From contig CALXSE010000002.1 of assembly GCA_944391085.1 (NCBI GenBank), forward strand, positions 10,450-74,449: a stretch of DNA of 64,000 nt, given 5' to 3'. Both the position numbers and the translations under genes were made by a program. This DNA is from an uncultured Kiritimatiellota bacterium (GTDB lineage Bacteria; Verrucomicrobiota; Kiritimatiellia; RFP12; DVOR01). Below the pieces are notes generated by a model that made no database searches, was not told the DNA's origin, and worked only from the letters and a program-made list of their open reading frames with translations. Positions within the stretch are counted from its first letter, which is position 1, and every line of letters begins with the position of its first letter. Positions 11,101 to 19,569 of this stretch are shown one piece after another.

Positions 11101-11925
11101 GATCGCGACGGCGCCAGCGGCCAAGGCTCCCTTTTCGACCTGCTGGGGGAGGGCGATGGCGGCGGAGCTCTTGGCGGCGAGGAGCTGCCAAACGCCCCGG
11201 ATCGCCCCGAGAAGGAGAAGCTCCAAGATGAGCGCGACCTGCTCGGCGTCTACCTCACCGGCCATCCGGTCGATCGGTATCGCACGCTGGTGCGCTCGTT
11301 CCAGACCGTCACGGCGGATCGTTTCGCCGCCACGTTGCATACCCACGACGCCGCGCGCGTGGCCGGCATCCTCACCGGCGTGCGCGTCGCCATCTCCAAG
11401 GCCAGCAAGCGCCCCTGGGCCGAGCTCACCCTCGAGGACGGCACCGGCACCGTGAAAATCCTTGCCTTCAACGACAATTACGAACGCCACAAAGACCTCT
11501 TCGTCCAGGATGCGCCCATCCTGGTCTGCGGCGAGGCGAAGTTCGAGGAAGGGCGTGACCCGGTCCTCTTCGCCAGCGAGGCCTATGCCTTGCGGGATGC
11601 CCCCGCCGTCTTCGCCAAACGGCTTGACGTCCGTTGCCGGGTGAACAACGACCGCCCCTCCGCGGAGAAGATGGCGAAGATGCGCGACCTGCTCGCCGCG
11701 CACCCCGGCGGCTTCCCGATTTCCATCACCCTGGACCTCCCCGGCAACCGCGTCGCGCCCATCGAGCCGGATCCCGCATGGGCCGTCGACCCTACCGCCG
11801 AGTGCATTGCCGGGCTCGAGGCCCTTTGGGGGCGCACCGCCGTCACTTACACCAAAAAAAGCAACGACGTCTTTGGCGACCCCAAGCGCAACCGTCGCCG
11901 CTTCATCCCGCGAGACGCCTCATAA
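8185..11925 (+). CDS. dnaE: DNA polymerase III alpha subunit
   Basis: Starts at [26 protein letters not shown] (PHP domain). Also has [20 protein letters not shown] and [24 protein letters not shown]. The first 56 codons of the tracked ORF lack homology. Confidence 0.95.
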   Translation: [1246 protein letters not shown]

Positions 11926-11936
11926 AAGGAGCTCCC

Positions 11937-14072
11937 ATGCGCCGAACCTTCCTGCTTTCCGCGCTTTTCTTCTACACGCTTGCCGGAGCGTTCCTGGCCT
12001 TCTCCGCCGGGCGCGTCTATGAGTCGTGGACGGGGGGATACGCCCTCTGGCCGGTCGTTTTCCCCGCGCTTGTCATGGGATGGGGCGTGGGGTGGGCGCT
12101 TCGCCGCTGGGCCGAGTGCCGCGTGGGCCCGCGTGTGTTGGGGGTGGCCGCCCTGGCGGTTGCCCTGCTTTCGGCCTTTGTCTTCCTTGCCCCGGCCGAG
12201 GCCGTCCGCTCGTGGACGTTGCTGTCCATGCGCATCGGCCTGACCTATGAGGCCTGGCGTGGCTTCGTGTGGGGGCAGGCCGCGCTGTGGTTCGTGCCGT
12301 TGGCCGTCCTTCTTCCCCTGTTGTGGGTGCGCGGGAGCGCCATCGCCGAGCGTGGCAGGCTGACGGTCTTCATCGGCGTCTGCGTGGGGTTTATCCTCGG
12401 GCGCATCTTTGTCGGGCATTTGCCGACCTTCCAGCTGTGGGCCGTCTGCGTGGTGTTGCTCCTGGTCGCCGGCGGCGTCTGGTGCGTTGCGGCGTTTGAG
12501 CGGCTGTGGGCGCGTGCCCTTGCGGCCCTTGTTGGCGTGGCATGCCTGCTCTGCGCAATCCCGCTTTGGCTCGTCGGCGCCTCTGCGGCCGATCCGCTGC
12601 GGGAGGTCAATCCCTTTGCCGTCGTCGCCGCCCGGGACAGTGGCTACACCGGGACGGGGACAGAGGGGTTCACGCTCCTTGATGGCCGCGTGGTCAGGGC
12701 CGAGGGCCTGGATGGGGCAGCGCGGGCCGCCGCGCAGTTTATCCCGGCGCTCCTCAAGCCTGCGCCAAACGCCCGTGTCGCGGTCCGCCTCATCGCGGAG
12801 GCGCCGCTGCTGCCCTCTTACGAGACCGGCAAGCTCAAAGGCCTTTATGACGCCATCTTCGTGGAGCTGCCGCCGGCATGGATGCCCGAGGAACAGGACT
12901 TCTTCCGTGCCGCCGCGCTCTCCGCCGTCCTTGGGAACCTCCAGGAAAGCGGCGTCCTGGTCTATGCGCTCGACGCCCGCGCGCTCGATGAACGCATGGT
13001 GATGGAGCGCGTCGCCATCCTGCGCAGCCAGTTCGAGTTCGTCCAGGTCTGGATGACCGGCCTCAACGATTGGCAGCTCGTCGCCTCCCGCAAGCCCATC
13101 ACGACCAACCTTGAAGAACTGCTTGCGCTCTATGACCGGCCGGATGTGGCCGAGGCGCTGCTCCGTGCCCGTCTTGGCGCGCCCGTTACGTTGCTGCCCT
13201 GTTGTCTGGCGGCGGACGCCCGCACGCTCGAGGCCGCCCTCGCCGAACCCATCAAGCCACGCCTTCCTCGCCGCGAACATCTCCGCGCCCGCCGTCTGCT
13301 CTTCGATGGGGTGGGGGCCCGCAGGCTGTTGGCCTCCTTCGCGCCGCTGTACGATGTTGAGATGCCCTGGGTCACCGTGCCGTCGGAGGCCGAGGCGGAG
13401 TTCCGCGAGCTCCTTGGCGCCTTGCGCGTCGCCCGTCGTCAGGCGCTCGAGGGGAAGTTTGCCGAGGCCGGGCGCCTCAACCCGCTGGATCCCTTCCTGC
13501 AAAGCCTTGCTGACCGAGAGCTTTCCGCCGCCCGAGCCTTCGAGAAGCTCGCCGACACGGAGAACGCGCTCAAGGCCTACAACTCCGCTTTCGCGCTGAC
13601 CCTTCCGCGCGTGTCCGACGTCCTCGCCGCGGCCGAGCTCGCCAAGGGCACCGGGAAGGCCGAGCGTGCCGAGCCCTATTTCCGCCTCGCCGGGAGCCTT
13701 TCCCCTGACGACCTTGATTATCTTACCGCTTACGCCGCCTTTCTGCTCGAAGGCAAGCGTTTTGCCGAGGCCGAACGCGTCTCCACCGCGGCTCTGCGCC
13801 AGGCCGCCGAGGCGGAGCCGCCCCTCCTTGCCCGCCTGCGTTTCCTTGTCGCGACTTGCGTGGCCCATCAGGCGGGACGCGAGGCGGAGGGGCTTGCCCT
13901 GGCCCGCCGCGTCGCCGCGGAAGCCGTGGGGAAGCCGGACAAGGATATCTACGTCCCCGCCTACGGACAGCTGCTTATAGACGTCGGCCATGCCAAAGCC
14001 GGCCTGGCCGTGAAGTTCCATTACCAAGCCTACGGCGAACTTTTGCCGCAGGTGCAGGAGGCCAAGCCATGA
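11937..14072 (+). CDS. Polytopic membrane protein with spermidine-synthase-like central region and C-terminal TPR-like repeats
   Basis: The ATG at 11937 follows AAAGGAG. About 8 hydrophobic helices in the first 300 aa are followed by a soluble region and then Ala/Leu-rich TPR-like repeats. The function is not recognisable. Confidence 0.55.
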   Translation: MRRTFLLSALFFYTLAGAFLAFSAGRVYESWTGGYALWPVVFPALVMGWGVGWALRRWAECRVGPRVLGVAALAVALLSAFVFLAPAEAVRSWTLLSMRIGLTYEAWRGFVWGQAALWFVPLAVLLPLLWVRGSAIAERGRLTVFIGVCVGFILGRIFVGHLPTFQLWAVCVVLLLVAGGVWCVAAFERLWARALAALVGVACLLCAIPLWLVGASAADPLREVNPFAVVAARDSGYTGTGTEGFTLLDGRVVRAEGLDGAARAAAQFIPALLKPAPNARVAVRLIAEAPLLPSYETGKLKGLYDAIFVELPPAWMPEEQDFFRAAALSAVLGNLQESGVLVYALDARALDERMVMERVAILRSQFEFVQVWMTGLNDWQLVASRKPITTNLEELLALYDRPDVAEALLRARLGAPVTLLPCCLAADARTLEAALAEPIKPRLPRREHLRARRLLFDGVGARRLLASFAPLYDVEMPWVTVPSEAEAEFRELLGALRVARRQALEGKFAEAGRLNPLDPFLQSLADRELSAARAFEKLADTENALKAYNSAFALTLPRVSDVLAAAELAKGTGKAERAEPYFRLAGSLSPDDLDYLTAYAAFLLEGKRFAEAERVSTAALRQAAEAEPPLLARLRFLVATCVAHQAGREAEGLALARRVAAEAVGKPDKDIYVPAYGQLLIDVGHAKAGLAVKFHYQAYGELLPQVQEAKP

Positions 14073-14680
14073 ACAAGCGCAATGTCCTCATTCTCGGCGC
14101 GGGCGGCCTGGGCCGGGAAGTCTTTTGGTGGGCCAGGGAAGCCGGGATGAACCCCATCGGCTTCATCGACGACAACCCCGCCGCGCTCGACGCCCGCCCC
14201 GGTTACGCGCCCATCCTCGGCGGTATGGAAAGCGCGCCGTTGGATTGCCCCGTGCTTTGCGCCATCGGGCAAAACGCCGTCCGCCGCGTCTGCGTGGAGC
14301 GGCTGACGGCGCGTGGGGCGCGTTTTGCCTCACTTGTCCACCCGCAGGCCAAGGTGCTTCACGCCACGCTCGGGCTGGGTGCGGTGCTCGCGCCCTTTGC
14401 CTATGTCGGGGCGGACGCGCGGGTCGGCGACTTTCTCTTTATGCAGACGGGCGCGGTGTTGGGGCACGATGTCGTGGCGGGAGACTTTCTGCGGATGGAC
14501 ACTACGTCCTTCGTCGGCGGTTATGCCAGCCTTGGCCATAACGTCACCCTCCACACCGGCGCGCAGGTCATGCCCGGCAAGCGCGTCGGCGACCAGTGTA
14601 CGCTCGGCGCGGGCGCCGTCCTGCTCGGCAATCTGCACGCCTCGGCCACCGTCTTTGGGGTTCCCGCGCAAAAAGTCTGA
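14069..14680 (+). CDS. NeuD/PglD-family sugar O-/N-acyltransferase (hexapeptide repeat)
   Basis: Begins MNKRNVLILGAGGLGREV (Rossmann-like N-domain), followed by hexapeptide repeats. It has an ATGA overlap with the preceding gene. Confidence 0.8.
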   Translation: MNKRNVLILGAGGLGREVFWWAREAGMNPIGFIDDNPAALDARPGYAPILGGMESAPLDCPVLCAIGQNAVRRVCVERLTARGARFASLVHPQAKVLHATLGLGAVLAPFAYVGADARVGDFLFMQTGAVLGHDVVAGDFLRMDTTSFVGGYASLGHNVTLHTGAQVMPGKRVGDQCTLGAGAVLLGNLHASATVFGVPAQKV

Positions 14681-15982
14681 GAGAGACCAGAGCAGGCCCG
14701 GCAGTACCACGGCCTCGGCCAGGACAAAGGCCCACCAGATCGACCACGGCCCCGCGAACGCGCCAAGCCCAAGCCCGATCGGGAAGAGGAGCGCGCCGCT
14801 CCGCAGGCAGGCGAAGCAGGTCCCTCGCGCGGGCCGCCCTACCGCCGGCAGTTGCAGCGTCGCGATCTGGGCCGCCCCCATCAGGGGCAGGCAGAGCAAT
14901 GCCACGGCCAGCGCACCTGAGGCTTGCCCGGGCAGGGCCGCCAGCTCGTCCGCGGGCAGGAACGCCCGCAGGCAGAGCGTGGGCGCGCCGACGGCCACGG
15001 CCATCGCCGCCAGGCCGAAGGCCACCGCCGTCCCAAGCGCCAGCCACAGGATGCTCCGCACGCGTCTGGGCTTCCCGGCGGCCGCGTTCGCCGCCGTCAG
15101 CGGGTGCGCCGCCTGGGCCACGCCGTTGAAGACGGCCGTCATCGTCAGCAGATAGTTCGCCACCACGCCGTAGATGGCCAGCCCAGGCTCGCCGAGCGTG
15201 CCGAGGGCCAAGCGGTTAAAAAGCATCACCGTGGCGCTCCCCGTCAGCTCCTGCAAAAAGTCTCCGCCGCCGAACCATGCCACCCGTGGCAACAGCCGCC
15301 AATCGGGCCGTGCCCAGCGCAGGGCCCGATCCGGCGTGCGGAAATGGGTCAGGAGGATGGCCGTCGTCAGCGTCGCCCCGCAAGTCGTCGCCAAACCCGC
15401 GCCGAAGAGCCCGAGATCCAGCGGATACAGGAAGAGCCAGTCAAGCGCGATGTTCGTCAGGCCGCCCGCCAACACCGCCGCCATGGCCCGCCGCGGGGCC
15501 CGGTCATGCCGCAGGAAGGGCGCCAGCAACGTTACTGCCACAAAGGCCGGGCAACCTGCCGCAATCGGCAGCCCATAACTCACCGCCGCATCCAGGAACG
15601 CCCCCTCGCCTGCGCCCAGCACCCGCCCCACCAACGGCCGCAGAAAAACCAGGCACACCGCCATGGCCATGGCCGCGAAGCTGGCGCCGGCCGTCACCGA
15701 CACCGCAAAGCAACGCCGCGCCCCCTGCACGTCGCCCACGCTCAGGCGCCGTGTGAAACAGATGCCCCCGCCGTTTCCCAACAGGGACCCCACCGCGAAA
15801 AAGGCGAACTCCAGCGGCACGATCAGGTTCAGCGCCGCCACCCCCTCCGCGCCCAGCCTGTATCCCACCATCACCGTGTCCGCGAAGAGGTAAATCGCGG
15901 TGACCAGCGTGGCGCAGACCGTCGGGAAGAGATAACGCGCAAACAGACGCCCCACGGGCGCCTCCAAAAGCAATTTGTTCAT
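14330..15982 (-). CDS. MATE-family efflux transporter with about 110-aa non-membrane C-terminal tail
   Basis: The N-terminus LFARYLFPTVCATLVTAIYLFADTVMVG is typical of MATE, and there are about 12 hydrophobic segments. A GGAGG SD sits 7 nt upstream of the ATG at 15982. The last 351 nt are antisense to the acyltransferase gene. Confidence 0.8.
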   Translation of the reverse strand: MNKLLLEAPVGRLFARYLFPTVCATLVTAIYLFADTVMVGYRLGAEGVAALNLIVPLEFAFFAVGSLLGNGGGICFTRRLSVGDVQGARRCFAVSVTAGASFAAMAMAVCLVFLRPLVGRVLGAGEGAFLDAAVSYGLPIAAGCPAFVAVTLLAPFLRHDRAPRRAMAAVLAGGLTNIALDWLFLYPLDLGLFGAGLATTCGATLTTAILLTHFRTPDRALRWARPDWRLLPRVAWFGGGDFLQELTGSATVMLFNRLALGTLGEPGLAIYGVVANYLLTMTAVFNGVAQAAHPLTAANAAAGKPRRVRSILWLALGTAVAFGLAAMAVAVGAPTLCLRAFLPADELAALPGQASGALAVALLCLPLMGAAQIATLQLPAVGRPARGTCFACLRSGALLFPIGLGLGAFAGPWSIWWAFVLAEAVVLPGLLWSLSDFLRGNPKDGGRGVQIAEQDGARAERTLVADALAGHDLRAGVEGDVMAKAGITADEGRSVHPQKVSRHDIVPQHRARLHKEKVADPRVRPDIGKGREHRTQPERGVKHLGLRVDK

Positions 15983-16082
15983 GGCAAAACCTCCGAAATG
16001 GGTGAACGCAAACAGCTATCGCGGCGTCGCCCCCAAACGGAGGCCAAGGCCACGACACAACCACGGGCATACGGCCCGGCGT

Positions 16083-16190
16083 TCAGGCGAGATCAGAAGG
16101 GGCCGGGTGACAATCACCCATGCCGATTGCCGTCGTCATCCCCAGATTCACGGAGCAGGAGCGTCGGCAAAAACGGAACTTCGCGTTCAT
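16083..16190 (-). CDS. 35-codon upstream sORF (MNAKFRFCRRSCSVNLGMTTAIGMGDCHPAPSDLA), candidate leader peptide or micro-protein
   Basis: My own translation. An AGGAG SD (16200-16196) lies 5 nt before the ATG at 16190, with a promoter-like TTGCCC-17-TATAAT upstream. The sORF ends 100 nt before the MATE start. Confidence 0.35.
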   Translation of the reverse strand: MNAKFRFCRRSCSVNLGMTTAIGMGDCHPAPSDLA

Positions 16191-16228
16191 GTCTAACTCC
16201 TTTCTTTACGCTTTAACAATTTGATAAT

Positions 16229-16257
16229 ATTATAGCAGAGTGAAATGGGTTGGGCAA
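16229..16257 (-). promoter_or_regulatory. Sigma-70-type promoter TTGCCC-17 nt-(TGC)TATAAT reading toward the sORF and MATE gene
   Basis: On the minus strand the -35 is at 16257-16252, the TG at 16237-16236, and the -10 TATAAT at 16234-16229. It sits in the only AT-rich patch of the 500-bp intergenic region. Confidence 0.5.
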
Positions 16258-16472
16258 GCTCCCGTGAATTCTTCGTTTCCATGAAGCCTTCACGCATGGC
16301 TCCAAAGAAGAGACCCGGTCAAAAGCACGCAGACTTTCCCGGATTCAGGAACCTGCCTGGGCCCGATGGAGGCAGTGTGTGTACGACTGCGTCGTGAGAG
16401 GGTGTCAAGCGGCACAAGTAGGACGCAGCCTTCCCAAATGCGTCCGTCGTGATTGGCGGCCCATGGGGAGTG

Positions 16473-16481
16473 TGCTATACT
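16473..16481 (+). promoter_or_regulatory. Extended -10 promoter TGCTATACT (leaderless configuration)
   Basis: Ends 6 nt before the ATG at 16488. Confidence 0.45.
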
Positions 16482-16487
16482 GGGCAC

Positions 16488-17063
16488 ATGAACTGGTTGC
16501 GACGGCGATATGTGCGGAAGGCTTTGCTGCTGGGCTTTTTGGCGGTGGCGGGCATTTTGGCGGCGGAGGTCTTTCAAGTCCTGGGCGGGAAGGAGCCTGA
16601 GGAAGTGTTGCGGGCATTGCACGCGGAGTTGGCGATGTCGCAGTCGATGGAGGTGAACGGCCAGACGGTGACCGCGGATGTGTGGCGTCTGCCTGAAACG
16701 TCAAGCGCGGATCCGTTGCGGCGGTTGCGCGACCCGCTCCTGATCGTGGGGCGGATGGTGTATGTGTTCCATGAGGATGTGCGGCCGATGCGGGGGTCTT
16801 GCATGTGGCCGGAGGATTTGCCGGCGTGGGATTTCAGGCCGGATTATGTGGTGGACACCGGGATGGCGCGGTTCGTGAACGGTGTCGCGGACGAATCCCC
16901 CGGCGCGGCGTTGGAGACGCTGGCGGCGCGCGCGCAGGCACAGGGGTGGGAAGCGTTGGGGGGCAATGTCTGGCGAAAGGGAAGGTTGACGCTGTTCGCC
17001 CATGCGGCAGAGTCGCGGCGCGGGACGGAGGCCGTGATGATCGTGACGTCCGAGAGGGACTGA
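16488..17063 (+). CDS. Hypothetical membrane-anchored protein heading the Tad cluster
   Basis: Internal ATG of ORF 16449..17063. Begins MNWLRRRYVRKALLLGFLAVAGILAAEVF (one N-terminal TM helix). Its stop lies 3 nt before cpaB. I recognise no motif. Confidence 0.55.
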   Translation: MNWLRRRYVRKALLLGFLAVAGILAAEVFQVLGGKEPEEVLRALHAELAMSQSMEVNGQTVTADVWRLPETSSADPLRRLRDPLLIVGRMVYVFHEDVRPMRGSCMWPEDLPAWDFRPDYVVDTGMARFVNGVADESPGAALETLAARAQAQGWEALGGNVWRKGRLTLFAHAAESRRGTEAVMIVTSERD

Positions 17064-17066
17064 GGC

Positions 17067-17873
17067 ATGAAGCAGAAGATCATTTTGGCGGCGTCGGTGG
17101 CCATTGGGCTGCTGGCCGCATTCTTGACGGGCTCATACATCGCGGCGCGGGAGCGGACGGTGGAGGCTGAGCGCGCGGCGTTGGCGCGGCGGTATCGGAC
17201 GGTGGACGTGGTGGTGCCGGCGGAGAACTTGCCGGCGGGGACGACCTTGCAGATGGATGACCTGCGTCTGCGCGCGGTGCCGGAGAACGCGCTGAGCGCG
17301 CAGACGATCCGGGCCACGCCGAACATCGCGATGCGGCTGGTGGGGCGGACGCTCGCGATGGGGGTGGAGGCCGCGCGGCCATTGCAGTGGAGCGACGTCG
17401 AGGGCGGCGCGCCGGAGGCGCGCGGCCTGGCGGGGATGCTGAGGCCAAAGATGCGCGCGCTCTCAATTTCGGTGAATGGCGCCGCGAGCGTGAGCAACAT
17501 GGTGCGCCCGACCGACCATGTGGATGTGTTGGGGACGTTCACGCTGCCCAGCAAGTCCATGCCCGGCGAGGCGGAGTTGGTGACGATGACGATCCTGCAG
17601 GATGTGCTGGTGTTGGCGACGGGGCAGGAGACGGCGCAAAGCGGCGGGGTGGGGGGGAATTACTCCCTGGTGACGCTGGAGGTGACGCCGCATGAGGCGG
17701 AGGTGTTGACCTTCGCCGAGCAACTGCGCGGACGCCTGACGCTGGCCTTGCGTAATCCGGAGGATCTGCATTATGAGACGGAGCTGCCGCAGGTGAACTT
17801 CGAGCAGATCCGGGCGACGCTGGAGGGGCTCAACGAAAAGCGCCAGCAGGAAATCCTGCGCAAGCGGCGGTGA
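17067..17873 (+). CDS. cpaB: Flp pilus assembly protein CpaB/RcpC
   Basis: N-terminal TM helix, SAF-like segment (VVVPAENLPAGTTLQMDDL), and a C-terminal RcpC-type beta domain (MRALSISVNGAASVSNMVRPTDHVDVLGTF...VTLEVTPHEAEVLTFAEQLG). Confidence 0.85.
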   Translation: MKQKIILAASVAIGLLAAFLTGSYIAARERTVEAERAALARRYRTVDVVVPAENLPAGTTLQMDDLRLRAVPENALSAQTIRATPNIAMRLVGRTLAMGVEAARPLQWSDVEGGAPEARGLAGMLRPKMRALSISVNGAASVSNMVRPTDHVDVLGTFTLPSKSMPGEAELVTMTILQDVLVLATGQETAQSGGVGGNYSLVTLEVTPHEAEVLTFAEQLRGRLTLALRNPEDLHYETELPQVNFEQIRATLEGLNEKRQQEILRKRR

Positions 17874-17877
17874 GGGG

Positions 17878-19569
17878 ATGCGGATGGATTACCTCGTCAC
17901 ATTGGCCATCCCAGGGCAGCCCGTGCGGCAGGTGCCGATGCCGTGCGGCGCGTATGTGATTGGGCGCGGGGCCTCGTGTGCGCTGCATATTGAGGATGCC
18001 AGCGTCAGCGAATTGCACGCGAAGCTCATCCTGACCCCCGGCGACGCCTGGGTGGAGGATCTTGGTTCCTCGAACGGGACGGTGGTGAACTCCCAGCTGA
18101 TCACGGATACCACGCGCCTTTCGCCGGAATCCATCGTCTCCATCGGCTCGACCGTCTTCCGCGTCCAGCCCCGCACGGCGGCGCCGGCCCAAGCGCCCGC
18201 GCCCCAGGCGGCCCCCGCCCCGCATCCCCAGCCCCCACCAGAGCCCAAGCCCGAGCCGGAGCCGCAGGACAGACGCGCCGCGGTGCTTCGGGCGGAGGTC
18301 AAAGGACAACTGCACGAGGAGCTGGTCAAACGCCTTGACCTCAAGCGCCTGGCCACGAGCGACATCTCGGCCGAGGAATTGGGGCGGCGCGTCCGTGAGA
18401 CGCTACGCGCCATCCTTGCGGAGGTCACGGCGCGCGGCGCTTTGCCGCCAGGCTTGGCCCCGGAGACGCTGGTGGAGGAATTGTACGACGAATCGGTGCG
18501 GTTGGGGCCGGTGGAACGCTTTTTGGCGGATGACACCGTCACCGAAATCATGATCAACGGGCCCCGGAACGTCTACGTGGAGCGGCACGGCAAGCTGGAG
18601 CTGACGGATCAGACCTTTATGGACGAGGCCAGCGTGATGGCCGTGATCGAGCGCATCGTCGCGCCGTTGGGCCGCCGCATCGACGAGAGTCAGCCCTATG
18701 TGGATGCGCGGCTGCCGGATGGCTCGCGCGTCAATGCGATCATCCCGCCCCTCTCGCTCATTGGGCCATGCGTGACCATCCGCAAGTTCGCCAGGCGCGT
18801 GCTGACGGCGGAGGACTTTGTGCGGTTCGGCACGTGGACGCCGGCCATCGCGGATTTCCTGCGGGTGTGCGTGCAGCTGCGCAAGAACATCATCGTGGCG
18901 GGCGGCACGGGTTCCGGCAAAACGACGCTCCTGAACGTCCTTTCCGGCTTCATCCCGCACAGCGACCGGATCCTGACCATCGAGGATGCGGCCGAACTGC
19001 GCCTCAACCAGCCGCACGTGGTGCGCCTGGAGGCGCGCCCGCCGAACATCGAGGGCAAGGGCGCCGTCACCATCCGCGACCTGGTGCGCAACGCCCTGCG
19101 CATGCGCCCAGACCGCATCATCGTCGGCGAGTGCCGCGGCGGTGAGACGCTCGATATGCTCCAGGCGATGAACACCGGCCACGACGGCAGCCTCACCACC
19201 GTCCACGCCAACAGCCCGCGCGACGTCATCAGCCGACTGGAGACGATGGTGCTCATGTCCGGCGTGGAGCTGCCGAGCCGCGCCATCCGCGAGCAAATCG
19301 CCAGCGCGGTGAACATCATCGTCCAGGAATCGCGACTGGCGGACGGTTCACGCCGCATCGTCGCGGTCTCTGAGATCACGGGCATGGAGGGACAGCAGAT
19401 CGTCATGCAGGATCTCTTTGTCTTCCGTCAGACGGGCGTCGACGCCGACGGGCGCATCTTGGGCGCGCTTACGGCCACGGGCGCGATGCCGACCTTCTAC
19501 GACACCCTTGCCGCGCGCGGCGTTTCGCTCGACCCGGCACTCTTCCAACCCTCTGGGGGCGCGCATTGA
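17878..19569 (+). CDS. cpaF: FHA-domain-fused Tad secretion ATPase (CpaF/TadA)
   Basis: The N-terminal GRGASCALHIEDASVSELHAKLIL...DLGSSNGTVVNSQLI is an FHA domain. A Pro-rich linker follows, then a CpaF core with Walker A (GGTGSGKTTLLN), Asp/His boxes and IVGECRGGE. Confidence 0.9.
   Translation: MRMDYLVTLAIPGQPVRQVPMPCGAYVIGRGASCALHIEDASVSELHAKLILTPGDAWVEDLGSSNGTVVNSQLITDTTRLSPESIVSIGSTVFRVQPRTAAPAQAPAPQAAPAPHPQPPPEPKPEPEPQDRRAAVLRAEVKGQLHEELVKRLDLKRLATSDISAEELGRRVRETLRAILAEVTARGALPPGLAPETLVEELYDESVRLGPVERFLADDTVTEIMINGPRNVYVERHGKLELTDQTFMDEASVMAVIERIVAPLGRRIDESQPYVDARLPDGSRVNAIIPPLSLIGPCVTIRKFARRVLTAEDFVRFGTWTPAIADFLRVCVQLRKNIIVAGGTGSGKTTLLNVLSGFIPHSDRILTIEDAAELRLNQPHVVRLEARPPNIEGKGAVTIRDLVRNALRMRPDRIIVGECRGGETLDMLQAMNTGHDGSLTTVHANSPRDVISRLETMVLMSGVELPSRAIREQIASAVNIIVQESRLADGSRRIVAVSEITGMEGQQIVMQDLFVFRQTGVDADGRILGALTATGAMPTFYDTLAARGVSLDPALFQPSGGAH

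Noticed and set aside
8092-11703. 1203-aa minus-strand ORF
   Set aside because: It is antisense to dnaE across its whole length, has low-complexity Arg/Leu/Pro/His-rich composition, and shows no motifs.
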